A stretch of 64,000 bases of DNA. Origin: an uncultured delta proteobacterium (GTDB taxonomy: Bacteria; Myxococcota_A; Polyangia; Polyangiales; Polyangiaceae). This document shows positions 17,901-27,775 of this stretch, piece after piece (the first letter of the stretch is position 1; every line of letters starts with the position of its first letter). The notes under the pieces were generated by a model that did no database searches, had not been told where the DNA came from, and was given only the letters and a program-made list of their open reading frames with translations. The position numbers were made by a program, and so were the translations under genes. The stretch spans positions 768,001-832,000 of the forward strand of contig CAVOKF010000005.1 in the NCBI GenBank assembly GCA_963696385.1, given 5' to 3'.

Positions 17901-18673
17901 GGGCCGATCTCTTCGGCTTGTCGCAACTCTACCAGCTGCGTGGACGCGTCGGTCGAAGCAAGGAGAGGGCGTATTGCTACCTGGTCGTGCCGCCACAGAA
18001 CGTCATGAGCGACGAGGCCCGATCGCGCATCGAGGCCCTTGAACGCCACACTGAGCTCGGCAGCGGCTTCCAGATCGCGTCACTCGATCTCGAACTGCGT
18101 GGTGCCGGCGACCTTCTCGGTGGAGAGCAATCCGGCGACGTGGCTTCGGTGGGCTTCGATCTCTTCTGCCGCATGCTGGACGAGGCCGTGCACGAGATGC
18201 GCGGCGAAGAGGTGGTGCACGACGTCGATCCCGAACTCAGCTTCGACGTGGAGGCGCTCTTGCCGGATGCCTACGTGACCGACGTCGGCGTGCGCCTGTC
18301 GCTCTACAAGCGGCTTGCGAGCGCCGTGGACGAGGCGCACGTTGTCGAGATCGCGGCGGAGATGGAGGACCGCTTTGGCGCTCCCCCCGAGGAGGCGCGA
18401 CGCTTGGTCAAACTGATGGCGCTCAAGACGGAGCTACGCCGGTTGCGTGCGCTCGGCTGCGAAGCGAACGCCCGCTTCGTGACGCTGCATTTGCGCGAAG
18501 ACACGCCCCTCGATCCGGCGAAGATCGCTGCGATGATCCGCACGTCGCGCGCCACGTGGAGGCTGACGCCCGACATGCGTCTTTCCCGTCGGTTCGACGA
18601 GGGGGCCGGAGACGGGTTGGCGAATGCCGAGACTGCGCTTTCGGAACTGGCGGCTCGACTGAAGGACGCGTGA
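14962..18673 (+). CDS. mfd: Transcription-repair coupling factor, interrupted by a +1 frameshift near 15773
   Basis: N-terminal UvrB-like part in ORF 14797..16617 (GY..VPVVEDPGSFAVRGALLDVW). CarD/RID, GDVGFGKT, VDEEQRFG, TATPIPRT, QLRGRVGR and TRCF domain are in ORF 15476..18673. The frames join if one T is removed from CAG-ATTC-TGG. Confidence 0.93.
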
Positions 18674-19890
18674 CGCTCGTGACTTCGGCAAAGGAGGCGA
18701 ACGAGCGCAGCGAGCCCGCGATGCCGGCGCTTCGTCCCTCCGCCGCCGAGACCGCGGAGAGCCGGGGTGCGGCTCCGGGCAGTGCCGAGGCGCTCGCGCG
18801 GAGCGAGCGATACGCATTGGGCTGGGCCGCTGCCGCAGCGATGGCCGTTGTTTGGTGGATCGTGATGCCCGTCGGCGTCGGACTTTTGCTCGGAACTCTG
18901 TTGGCCTTCGTCGTTCAGCCCATCTACGAACGTTTCATCCCCGTATTCGGCCGCCGAGGAGCGGCGCTCGGAGCCGTCGGCGTGACGGCGATGAGCCTCG
19001 TTGCCAGCGCGGGCGGTCTGGTATGGCTGTTGGGCGCCGAGGGCGCGGGACTCGCGCGTCAGCTGATCGACGCGGTCGGCCCGCGCGGGGGCGGGAGTCG
19101 TCTGATCACGCTGTTCGGCCATATGACGGATCGGTTCGGGGTCACGCCCGAACAGCTGCAGGACCGTCTTCAAGGCGCCGCAGAAGGGGCCGCGGCTCGA
19201 GCCGCGAGCCTCGCCGAAGCGCTAGTGGCGGCTTCCGCATCGACGCTGCTCGCGCTTTTTTTTGCGATGCTCACCATGCACTTCATCCTGCGCAATTGGC
19301 AGAGGGTATCCATCCGCGCCCAGCAGGCGCTGCCCCTGAGGCCGGACTACACGCGCAAGCTCTTCGAAGAGTTCCGGCGTGTCGGACGAACGACGCTGCT
19401 CGGCACGATCGGTACCGGGCTCGCGCAGGGTATCTTTGCGACCATCGGATACGCGATCTGCGGGGTTCCCAAGCCGCTGTTCTTCGGCGCGGCGACGGCG
19501 GCGGCGTCGCTCGTTCCGGCCGTCGGAACGATGCTCGTCTGGGTCCCGGTCGGGGTCGTGCTGTTCCTGACCGCACACCCTCTGGCTGGCGGTTTCGAGC
19601 TTGCCTGGGGCGCGGCCTTCGTCATGGCGGTTTGCGACTACGTCATCCGGCCGCACTTGGTCGGGGCGGACGCGGAGATGCCGTCGCTCGTCACGTTCGC
19701 AGCGCTATTCGGGGGCGTCGAAGTGTTCGGCCTCAAGGGCCTCATCATGGGCCCAGTGCTGATGGCGCTTGCGATTGCCGTTCTGCGGCTTTATGTAGAC
19801 GAAGCTGCGAGCCGTCGGCAGAGTATGGCCCATCTGGCCCAGGCCACAGAATCGGGTCCGGCGTCGGGCAAGAGTCCACCCCCGGCCTGA
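18670..19890 (+). CDS. AI-2E family transporter
   Basis: Multi-pass membrane protein with LVPAVGT, DYVIRP and FGLKGLIMGP; GTGA overlap with the mfd stop (alternative ATG 18721). Confidence 0.9.
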   Translation: MTLVTSAKEANERSEPAMPALRPSAAETAESRGAAPGSAEALARSERYALGWAAAAAMAVVWWIVMPVGVGLLLGTLLAFVVQPIYERFIPVFGRRGAALGAVGVTAMSLVASAGGLVWLLGAEGAGLARQLIDAVGPRGGGSRLITLFGHMTDRFGVTPEQLQDRLQGAAEGAAARAASLAEALVAASASTLLALFFAMLTMHFILRNWQRVSIRAQQALPLRPDYTRKLFEEFRRVGRTTLLGTIGTGLAQGIFATIGYAICGVPKPLFFGAATAAASLVPAVGTMLVWVPVGVVLFLTAHPLAGGFELAWGAAFVMAVCDYVIRPHLVGADAEMPSLVTFAALFGGVEVFGLKGLIMGPVLMALAIAVLRLYVDEAASRRQSMAHLAQATESGPASGKSPPPA

Positions 19891-20054
19891 ATCGTCGGAG
19901 GATGTCGTCGACGCGAACGTGATCGAAGGCCGCCCGACGGGCTGCCTCGTCAGGGCGCCCATCGGTTGCCGCCGCGTTCGACCGGACCCCTGCATAGGAA
20001 TGCAACGCACGTCTTTTCTTTTCTTGTCGCCTCAGCGGCGTCATCATGGTTGCC

Positions 20055-20210
20055 ATGAAAACTCGGGGAGAGCAGCCGAAACGCGCGGAAGACGCACAGG
20101 CGCGGCCGCGGCGCGCGCCATCCACGCCGCCCGATTCCAATGGGGCGTTTTTGCGTGCCTTGGCCGATGCGCTTCGCGACATCTTGCGCGACGAGCACAG
20201 CGCCGCCTGA
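20055..20210 (+). CDS. Putative 51-aa small protein
   Basis: Hand-translated: MKTRGEQPKRAEDAQARPRRAPSTPPDSNGAFLRALADALRDILRDEHSAA. Fills an intergenic gap after a T-rich tract and ends in an amphipathic helix. Confidence 0.4.
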   Translation: MKTRGEQPKRAEDAQARPRRAPSTPPDSNGAFLRALADALRDILRDEHSAA

Positions 20211-20252
20211 CCGGCGCCCGCGAACCGGGCGTGCCAAAGCTTTTGCGCGCAC

Positions 20253-21083
20253 ATGATCGGTGAGTCGACTCTTCGAGACAAGACGCTTTTCATCACGGGG
20301 GCAAGCCGCGGGATCGGCAAGGCGATCGCGTTGCGGGCGGCCAAGGACGGGGCACGGATCGTCATCGCTGCCAAGACGGTCGAGCCGGATCCGAGGCTAC
20401 CGGGGACGATTTATTCAGCGGCTTCAGAAGTGGAGAGAGCCGGTGGGCGCGCGCTGGCCTGCATCGTGGACGTTCGCTCGGAAGACGCGATCCGCGCAGC
20501 GGTCGCTCAGGCCGTGTCGACATTCGGCGGCATCGACATCCTCGTGAACAACGCGAGCGCCATCAGCTTGACCGGTACCCTGGACACGCCTGTCCGGCGT
20601 TACGATCTGATGCACCAAGTCAATACGAGGGGCACTTTCGCGTGCTCGCAGGCGTGCCTGCCGCACCTGCTCCGGGCCGCCAATCCCCACATCTTGAACA
20701 TCAGTCCACCGCTCGTCCTGCAGGAGAGGTGGTTGTCGCCCCATGTGGCCTATACGATGACGAAATTCGGCATGAGCATGTGCGTCGCCGGCATGGCGGG
20801 CGAGTTTCGACAGGCCGGCGTAGCCGTCAACGCGCTCTGGCCACGAACCGTGATTGCGACCGCGGCCACGCAAAATCTTCTCGGGGGCGACGCCATTGTT
20901 CGCGGTAGCCGAACGCCCGAGATCATGGCCGACGCGGCGCACATCGTGCTGACCCGCCCCAGCCGCGAGTGTTCGGGCCAGTTCTTGATCGACGAGGATG
21001 TCTTGCGCGGCGCAGGCGTCACCGACTTCGAGAAATACCAGACGGTTCACGGCGCCGACCTCATCAACGATCTTTTCGTTTGA
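20253..21083 (+). CDS. SDR oxidoreductase, HSDL2/citronellol dehydrogenase-like
   Basis: Motifs TGASRGIG, NNASAI, YTMTK and NALWPRT. Confidence 0.92.
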   Translation: MIGESTLRDKTLFITGASRGIGKAIALRAAKDGARIVIAAKTVEPDPRLPGTIYSAASEVERAGGRALACIVDVRSEDAIRAAVAQAVSTFGGIDILVNNASAISLTGTLDTPVRRYDLMHQVNTRGTFACSQACLPHLLRAANPHILNISPPLVLQERWLSPHVAYTMTKFGMSMCVAGMAGEFRQAGVAVNALWPRTVIATAATQNLLGGDAIVRGSRTPEIMADAAHIVLTRPSRECSGQFLIDEDVLRGAGVTDFEKYQTVHGADLINDLFV

Positions 21084-21089
21084 GCGGCC

Positions 21090-21902
21090 ATGGATGACGC
21101 CGACTCTGGGAGCTTGAGGCGGGAGATCCTCGACGGCATTGGGTCCGTTTTGTACGAAGAGCTTGCCGCCGAGGCGTGGGGGCGCGTGCTGGTCGAAGTC
21201 GTCCGGGCTCCCAACGGCTCGATCGTCGTCGCCGGCATCGATGTCGAAGAGGTGATCGGCGACGATGCGCGCGTCGACGAAGTCTTCGGCGGTGACAAGG
21301 CGCGGGCGGTCACCCCACTGCTCGCCCGCGCGATCGAGGCCCTGTGCGCGCTCGACGGCTTGGACGTCGACGAAGTTCGCGGCGGCACCTTCGCGCACTT
21401 CGTGGACACGACGTTCGCGTGGCTTCCCGGGCTGGTCCATGCACCGAGCGTGGCTTTCGATCGAGCACGGGACGATGTCGTCGTTCGGTTGCGGGCGAAG
21501 AACGAAGATCTCGAGGCGCGCTTCGGATTTCCAAGCGGCGGCACGCCGGAAGTCGACTTAGCGCGCGAGCGCGTCCAATTTCGGACCCGAGCGGGATCGA
21601 TCGTCCGCGCCCGCGCCACGCTGCTCGGCACGTTCGCGCTCAAGTCTCGCACGTGGGGCTGGGGTGGCTCGCATCCCAACGTACCCGAAAGCGTCCGGCG
21701 CGCGTCGGCCGCCGTCCTCGACTCCATCCTCGAGCGGGACCTTTGGGAGCTGTCCACGCCGATCTTCGCGACCGACGAATCCACGGCCTGGGGACTTGCC
21801 GCGTTTGTATGCGACAGGGCCCGTGGCGATGGGGTGCTGTGCAGCAGCGAAGAGCAGGGGGGGCTCGCGTTTTTCCTGCTTCGCGATCTCGACGTGGAGT
21901 GA
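21090..21902 (+). CDS. Hypothetical protein with a DUF6882-like C-terminal domain
   Basis: ATLLGTF...TWGWGGSHP resembles DUF6882 (from memory); acidic N-terminal domain; starts 6 nt after the SDR stop. Confidence 0.6.
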   Translation: MDDADSGSLRREILDGIGSVLYEELAAEAWGRVLVEVVRAPNGSIVVAGIDVEEVIGDDARVDEVFGGDKARAVTPLLARAIEALCALDGLDVDEVRGGTFAHFVDTTFAWLPGLVHAPSVAFDRARDDVVVRLRAKNEDLEARFGFPSGGTPEVDLARERVQFRTRAGSIVRARATLLGTFALKSRTWGWGGSHPNVPESVRRASAAVLDSILERDLWELSTPIFATDESTAWGLAAFVCDRARGDGVLCSSEEQGGLAFFLLRDLDVE

Positions 21903-21926
21903 CGAGGTCGCGGGTCGTGGGTCGCC

Positions 21927-23258
21927 TCAGCGGCTGGAACGATGCCGCGCGATAGTCGTCAGGGTGGGCCGTGTGACGCCGGCGACGTCTTTGGAAGCGA
22001 AATAGGCTCTGAGGACGTCGCGCGCGACAACGTTGGCCTTGACTTGCCACGCGGGGCCATTGACGACCAGAACGGCGATCGCAACCTGTCCCAGGCCGGA
22101 CTCGGCTCGCGCGGGGGCGAAGCCCGTGAACCAGGTGTAGAACCGATGGGTCGCGGCGTCGGTCAACGTTCCCGTTTTTCCCGCCACCGGGAGGCCCGGC
22201 AAAAAGGCGCGGCCGTGCCCGTCGTGAAACGCGTGCCAGCAGGTCCCTTCGCTGACTGTGTGTTCCATCATGGCCGCGAGCTGTTCGGCGGTGTCGCGTT
22301 CAATGGCCCGGTGCGAGAAGGTCGAGGGCGATGCCGACCCCAGGACGACTCCATTGGAAGCCATGACTCGGTCCACGATGGTCGGCCGCACAGTCTCGCC
22401 CTGTCGAGCCACGATCGCGCTCATTTCGGTCGCTTCGAGCGGCGACAAGGTCGTGTTCCAAAAGCCCGCGGCGGTGCGCGCGAACTCCAGGGGATCGCTG
22501 GGTACGCGGACGCCGCTCGTCTGAACGGGCACGTCGAACGCCATCGGTTGTCCGAAGCCGAATCGGCGCGCCATGGCCTCGAGCTGAGGCGGGGAGAGGT
22601 GTTGGGTCGCGAGGCGCGCAAACACGGTGTTGATGCTGCGCCCCATCGCCCCGGCCAGCGTCGTGCACCACCGGTCGCGCTGCGGATCGTCGATCAGGTC
22701 CGAGCTCTTGATGCGCTGCTCGCCACCCGAGTAGCATTGCTTCGTGTCCGCTCCGAGATGGGCATCTTCGATCAGGGCGGCGGCGGTGACGATCTTGAAG
22801 ACGCTCGCGCTGGGAGCGAGGGCTTCGGCGCAAATGTCTCGGGGCGTCCCCCAATCCACGTGGCTGGCGTAGACGAGCAAGCGACCCGTCGGGACGTCCA
22901 TGAGCACCACGGCCGCTTCGGGCAAGTGATGCGAGGCCAAGAGCGCACTGGCCGTGCGTTGCAAGTCGCCGTCCAGCGTCAACCGAGCCGTTCCGCCCGC
23001 GGTGGGGGCGATCAGACCCGCGTCGTCCGCAGTGATTCGAAGCAGGTCCAAGCCTTCGACGCCCGTCGGTTCGGGCGACGGTACCGTCTCATGCGGGAAG
23101 GCCGGCCTTGCCTCCGCCACCTGGGCGATCGAAGGCTGCGCTTGGGCCCCGGGGGGAATCGGTGGAGGGATCGAGCGCTGCGCGATGCGCATGAGGCCGA
23201 TCGTCGCGACCCCGATCGTCGCCGTGACGGCCGCTGCGAGCATCGAGGAACGACGCAT
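21927..23258 (-). CDS. Penicillin-binding protein (transpeptidase domain with membrane anchor and Pro-rich linker)
   Basis: SxxK (ASVFK), SxN (SIN) and KTG (GKTGT) motifs. Start uncertain (23258 or 23276). Confidence 0.9.
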   Translation of the reverse strand: MRRSSMLAAAVTATIGVATIGLMRIAQRSIPPPIPPGAQAQPSIAQVAEARPAFPHETVPSPEPTGVEGLDLLRITADDAGLIAPTAGGTARLTLDGDLQRTASALLASHHLPEAAVVLMDVPTGRLLVYASHVDWGTPRDICAEALAPSASVFKIVTAAALIEDAHLGADTKQCYSGGEQRIKSSDLIDDPQRDRWCTTLAGAMGRSINTVFARLATQHLSPPQLEAMARRFGFGQPMAFDVPVQTSGVRVPSDPLEFARTAAGFWNTTLSPLEATEMSAIVARQGETVRPTIVDRVMASNGVVLGSASPSTFSHRAIERDTAEQLAAMMEHTVSEGTCWHAFHDGHGRAFLPGLPVAGKTGTLTDAATHRFYTWFTGFAPARAESGLGQVAIAVLVVNGPAWQVKANVVARDVLRAYFASKDVAGVTRPTLTTIARHRSSR

Positions 23259-23446
23259 GGCCGTTCGATCTGGCATGCCACGCGCTGAGCGGCCAACAAA
23301 CGAGCCGGAACGGGATCGGCGCTGCGCGGATCGCGACCGCTTGCGCCATACGGTAAGCGGCGAACCAACGAGCCGGAACGGAAATCGGCTCCCCCTCCCC
23401 GGCTCGCGATCGCTTTCGTCATGAGGCATACGGAAGACACGGTTCC

Positions 23447-25885
23447 ATGACGCATCCATCGTCGCATTCGGTCGCGGTCGCGGTCGCCGTCACGGCCTTC
23501 CTTGCAGGAATTTTCGGCGCGCGGGGCGCGTTCGCCGATCTCCACGCCGGGGCCCCCGCCGACGGCGGCCTTCCCGCCCTCGATGTTCGTGTGGATCTGG
23601 CCCACGCGATCGTCGACTCGAATGGTACGGCCGTTCCGATTGGTCTCGATCGAGCCCAGTTTCCGGCCGAGGAGGCCGTTTCCATCGAGACCGTCTCGAT
23701 CGGTCAGCACAAGCACGTCATTCATGTGCGGGTTCCGATACGAGGCGCGGGACGGGATGGACCCGCGTGGGAGGCCATCTTGGCGGGGGGCCGTCCGCGC
23801 CCCTTGTGGGCGGGGGTTACGGGTCTGACCGACGGCGATCCCGGCGAAAGGACGGGAAAGGCGATCCAGATAATGGCCGTCGGGCCGACGGCCTACGTGC
23901 TCGTCGGAGACATCCACGAGGACAACCGAATCTGCGGACAATCGGCCACCCTGATCGACCCGCAAGCGCTCTACCCGGCCTCGCTCGAGTTCAAGTCCGC
24001 GACTGTGCATCGGCTGAGTGCCGAACAGCGCGCCGCCTCCCAGCCCATCGACGCCCGACCGCTCGCAGGTCCCTTGACGCCACCGCTGTCGAAGCTGCTC
24101 GTTGCACGAAGCTCGAGCGTTGCCGGCTCGCGTGGATTGGAGCTCGTGGACGGCGACGCGCAGACGGTTTGGCAGGAGCTTCGCCCGGGCGCGGGCCAAG
24201 GGGAATTCGTCGTGCTCGCCGCGCCGAAGGACGTGCCCATCCCGCGTTTGGCGATCGTGCTCTCACCGCCCAACCCCCGGGTCTTCGATCAGGGGGCGGC
24301 GCCCAAGACCCTGTATGTCGTCACCAGCACGCAAACGTTTCGAATTGCGATCCCCGAGGATGCCTGGACAAAGCCCGGCCAAGCGTACGAGGTCGACTTT
24401 CCGAAGCCGGTTGAGACGTCCTGTCTCTCGCTCGTGCTCGACGAGGCCTACGCGCGCGGGCTGGCTCACCCGGACGTGGGAGTGGCCGAGCTCGTCGCCT
24501 ATTCCGAATTCGACGTTCAGGGCGACACCCTCGACCAGGTGGCGAAACGGCTTTCAAGTGACTCCGGCGTCGCGGCAGCCGAGACCCTCGAGCGCGCCGG
24601 CCCGAAATCGCTCGCGGCCGTCTCGAAAGCGTACGATGGTCTCGACGCTCACGGTCGAGCCCTCGCGATGGACGTCGCGGCGAGCGTGGAGCCATGTCAA
24701 GACGCGGCGCCGTTGCTCACGCGAGCGGTCTGCGACAACGCGGGGGAGGCGTCGCGCAAGGCTCGAGAAAAGTTGGAGCGCTGTGCAGGGGTCGCCGTCG
24801 CGCTCGCGGCGCGAATGCGTCAGGACGCCGAGTCGCGTGCTTGCGTGGCGTCGTTGTTTGCGACGATCGCGCCCGGCGAGGCCCTCGAGCCCATCGCGAA
24901 CGCGCTCGCTGCTGCGTCCGAGGCGGACCGCGAGTCACGTGCCGCTCTGCGTGCTGCCTTCGGCGAGGCTCTCGGACGGGTTCCTCCGGGGCGCTTCGCG
25001 ACTCTTTTGGGCAATCCGGCGCGCAGCGTCGCGGCGCGGCTCGAGCTCATGCGCGCGGCCGATTTTCGCGTGACGGAGGCGCCGCGCGAGGTCAACGCGA
25101 CGGTGACCGAGCTGCTATCGACCGCTCCGACGATTCGTAACCGGTACCTCGCGCTCGGGCCTCTCGGGTGGTTGGCGCGAGCGGGGGACCCAGACGCCGC
25201 CGCGCGGATCGTCGACGCGCTCGCGCACGACGCCGAGTGGCCCGTGCGCCTGCATGCCGCGGAGCAGGCGACGGGAGTGCCCTCGGCGCACGTCGAGCTG
25301 ATCCGAGCGGTCCACGATCCGGAGCCGCGCGTGCGCGAGGCGGCCCTCGCGGCGCTGGTCGTTTCTCCGTCGCCCGACGCGGTGGAGCTCGCTATCGATC
25401 GGCTGGCGCACGACGACTGGTGGTTCGTGAAGACCCAGGCCGTGAACGTGCTCGTCACGGCGAAGGCGAAGTCCCGCGCGGACGACGCTCTCGGCCTCGG
25501 CTTGCGCGACCCGTCGCCTCGAGTGCGCCGGTCGATCGTGGTCGCGCTCGCAAGCCGTCGTGCGGTGGCTTGGCGCGCCGCCATTCGGGACCGGTTGGCC
25601 GACAAGGACGAGGACAACGACGTGCGCGCCTCCGCAGCGACGGCGCTCGGTGCATTGTGCGACGTAGACTCGACCGGCCGGCTGACGGATCTGGTCCGGG
25701 GCCTGTCCGTGTCCGGCAACGACTCGAACGCCGAGCAGCTCGGATTTGGAGCGCTTTTGGGGCTTTCCGCCCTGCATCCGCGCGATCTGCAGGCCCGTCT
25801 CGCTCCGCTCTTGGCGAGTGGCTCGCCGCCGGGGGTGCGCGCCGCAGCCCAGCAAGCGCTTCTGGCAAAACCGCTGTGTCGATGA
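23447..25885 (+). CDS. Secreted protein with a discoidin/F5-8-like domain and C-terminal HEAT repeats
   Basis: Signal peptide; VDGDAQTVWQE...GQGEFVVL beta-sandwich motif; HEAT repeats DPEPRVREAA, DPSPRVRR and DNDVRASAATALG. Confidence 0.72.
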   Translation: MTHPSSHSVAVAVAVTAFLAGIFGARGAFADLHAGAPADGGLPALDVRVDLAHAIVDSNGTAVPIGLDRAQFPAEEAVSIETVSIGQHKHVIHVRVPIRGAGRDGPAWEAILAGGRPRPLWAGVTGLTDGDPGERTGKAIQIMAVGPTAYVLVGDIHEDNRICGQSATLIDPQALYPASLEFKSATVHRLSAEQRAASQPIDARPLAGPLTPPLSKLLVARSSSVAGSRGLELVDGDAQTVWQELRPGAGQGEFVVLAAPKDVPIPRLAIVLSPPNPRVFDQGAAPKTLYVVTSTQTFRIAIPEDAWTKPGQAYEVDFPKPVETSCLSLVLDEAYARGLAHPDVGVAELVAYSEFDVQGDTLDQVAKRLSSDSGVAAAETLERAGPKSLAAVSKAYDGLDAHGRALAMDVAASVEPCQDAAPLLTRAVCDNAGEASRKAREKLERCAGVAVALAARMRQDAESRACVASLFATIAPGEALEPIANALAAASEADRESRAALRAAFGEALGRVPPGRFATLLGNPARSVAARLELMRAADFRVTEAPREVNATVTELLSTAPTIRNRYLALGPLGWLARAGDPDAAARIVDALAHDAEWPVRLHAAEQATGVPSAHVELIRAVHDPEPRVREAALAALVVSPSPDAVELAIDRLAHDDWWFVKTQAVNVLVTAKAKSRADDALGLGLRDPSPRVRRSIVVALASRRAVAWRAAIRDRLADKDEDNDVRASAATALGALCDVDSTGRLTDLVRGLSVSGNDSNAEQLGFGALLGLSALHPRDLQARLAPLLASGSPPGVRAAAQQALLAKPLCR

Positions 25886-25927
25886 GACTCGACGGCGGCG
25901 CGACGTGCCGCTAAAACGTGACGGGCG

Positions 25928-26362
25928 ATGAGCGACATTCCGCGCATTTCGCCGCAGGAGGCCAGCGAAAAGCTCGCCTCGGGGTACACGTACGTCGACG
26001 TTCGAACAACCGAAGAGTTCGAGGCGGGCCATCCGCTCGGAGCCGTAAACGTTCCGATTGCTCATGCCGGCGCCACCGGGATGGTCCCTAATGCGGATTT
26101 CGTGCGCGTGATGACCGCTTCGTTCTCGAAGGACGCGCCCATCGTCGTGGGTTGCAAGGCGGGCGGGCGGAGCCTGCGCGCCGCACAGCTTCTCGTGGGG
26201 CAGGGCTTCACCAACGTCGTCGACCAGCGCGCCGGGTGGGATGGCGTGCGTAACCCGTTCGGGCAGCTGGTGGAGCCCGGGTGGTCCCGAACGGGCCTGC
26301 CGACGGAAGTCGGCCAGCCCGCCGGCCGGTCGTGGGCCGACCAGCTCAAGAGCGCCGGTTGA
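25928..26362 (+). CDS. Single-domain rhodanese
   Basis: Motifs VDVRTTEEFEAGHPLGAVNVP and active-site loop GCKAGGRS. Confidence 0.92.
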   Translation: MSDIPRISPQEASEKLASGYTYVDVRTTEEFEAGHPLGAVNVPIAHAGATGMVPNADFVRVMTASFSKDAPIVVGCKAGGRSLRAAQLLVGQGFTNVVDQRAGWDGVRNPFGQLVEPGWSRTGLPTEVGQPAGRSWADQLKSAG

Positions 26363-26372
26363 GCCTGCCCCA

Positions 26373-27008
26373 TCACGGCCCATTCGCGCGGTCGTAATCC
26401 GCGGCCGCGCGATCGACCTCTTCGAGATCGCGCGAGGCACGTTCGGCTTCCGCCTGGAGCTCGGCCGTAAACAGCGTAAGGCCCCAGATGCCGTTTTCGC
26501 GCCGGCGAAAGGCGTAGCGGGTGCCCCGCGCCGTCACGACGGTCGCCCGCTCGCCTTGAATCTCCACATGTGCGGACCCGGACAAATCCCGGTCGAGGCG
26601 CGCGGTCCAGCCACGCAGCGTCGCGAGCCGCGCGAACACGTCCGGGCCGTCCGCTGCCTCCGCCTCATCTTTCCACCGGTCGAGCAGCGTGGCGCGCTGG
26701 TCGGCCGGATAGCTTCGCCGAACGCGATCGCACGCTTTCTTGCGCGCGTCCCCGATGGTGTACGCCGCCCACTGGGCTTCGGTCTCGAGGTACGCGAAGG
26801 CGTCTTTGGGGCGGCGTTCGGCTATCGCGAGAGCGATTCGCGCATACGCCCCTTCGGGCGTCGTGTCGGACGGGAAGGGGCGATGGTCGATGATCCGGGT
26901 GCCCATCCAGACGATGCACGCGACCGCGAGAGCCAGCGCAAGCGCGGGCCAGCGAGTCACCGAGCGTCGCTTCACCGGGCGTCGCTTCACCGGGCGTCGC
27001 CATAGCAT
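26373..27008 (-). CDS. Hypothetical membrane-anchored protein, possibly NTF2-like
   Basis: N-terminal TM segment, TPEGAY..., FRRRENGIWGL. The start may be one of the repeat-encoded GTGs (e.g. 26960). Confidence 0.65.
   Translation of the reverse strand: MLWRRPVKRRPVKRRSVTRWPALALALAVACIVWMGTRIIDHRPFPSDTTPEGAYARIALAIAERRPKDAFAYLETEAQWAAYTIGDARKKACDRVRRSYPADQRATLLDRWKDEAEAADGPDVFARLATLRGWTARLDRDLSGSAHVEIQGERATVVTARGTRYAFRRRENGIWGLTLFTAELQAEAERASRDLEEVDRAAADYDRANGP
26958..27002. repeat. 15-bp tandem repeat x3 (caccg[a/g]gcgtcgctt)
   Basis: Units at 26958, 26973 and 26988; encodes RRPVKRRPVKRRSV on the minus strand. Confidence 0.9.
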
Positions 27009-27034
27009 GCGATAGCCTTTACGCTGGCAAGTTC

Positions 27035-27775
27035 ATGTGGCTCGGATCGCGCGTCGTCGTTGTCGTCCCCGCGTGGAACGAGGCGCCTCGCATCGAGCGC
27101 GTAGTGCGAACGATGCCGCATTGGGTCGACGCCATCGTCGTCGTCGACGATGCGAGCACGGACGGTACGGCGGACCGAGCCCGCGCGGTCGACCGTTCGG
27201 GGATCGATCTGGTGCGCCACGAGCGTAACCGCGGCGTGGGGGCCGCGATCGTTACGGGGTATCGGCGCGCCCTGGAGACGGACGGGAGTCCGACCGACGC
27301 CTTCGTCGTCATGGCAGGGGACGGGCAGATGGATCCGGTCGATCTTCCGGCCGTCGTGTCGCCCATCGCACGCGGCGAAGCCCACTACGTGAAGGGATCC
27401 CGCTTCGGCGTGAGCGGCGTGGTCCGCGCGATGCCCGTCTCCCGGCTGCTCGGAGGGCTCGTGCTTTCGTGGGCCACCGCATACGCGATTGGCGTCTCGA
27501 TCTCCGACAGCCAGTGCGGCTATACGGCCATCGCGCGGGGCGCGTGTGCTCGCCTCGATCTCGACCGACTCTGGCCACGGTACGGGTACCCGAACGACCT
27601 TTTGTCGCAGCTGGCGTTGCGCGGCCTGCGAATCGCCGAGACCGAAGTGCGGCCCGTCTACGGCGATGAAGTCAGCCGACTGAAACCGCATCATGTGCCC
27701 ATGATCGCCGGACTCGTCGCGCGCGCGTGGCTGCGTCGGGTTCGGCAATCGCGTTCACGCGAGCGCTCGGTCTAG
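27035..27775 (+). CDS. Glycosyltransferase family 2 (DPM1-like)
   Basis: Motifs [31 protein letters not shown] and DSQCGY. Confidence 0.92.
   Translation: MWLGSRVVVVVPAWNEAPRIERVVRTMPHWVDAIVVVDDASTDGTADRARAVDRSGIDLVRHERNRGVGAAIVTGYRRALETDGSPTDAFVVMAGDGQMDPVDLPAVVSPIARGEAHYVKGSRFGVSGVVRAMPVSRLLGGLVLSWATAYAIGVSISDSQCGYTAIARGACARLDLDRLWPRYGYPNDLLSQLALRGLRIAETEVRPVYGDEVSRLKPHHVPMIAGLVARAWLRRVRQSRSRERSV

Noticed and set aside
27755..27775. Convergent 3' overlaps (GT2/purB; also 48685-48707)
   Set aside because: Short tail-to-tail overlaps are common in compact GC-rich genomes.
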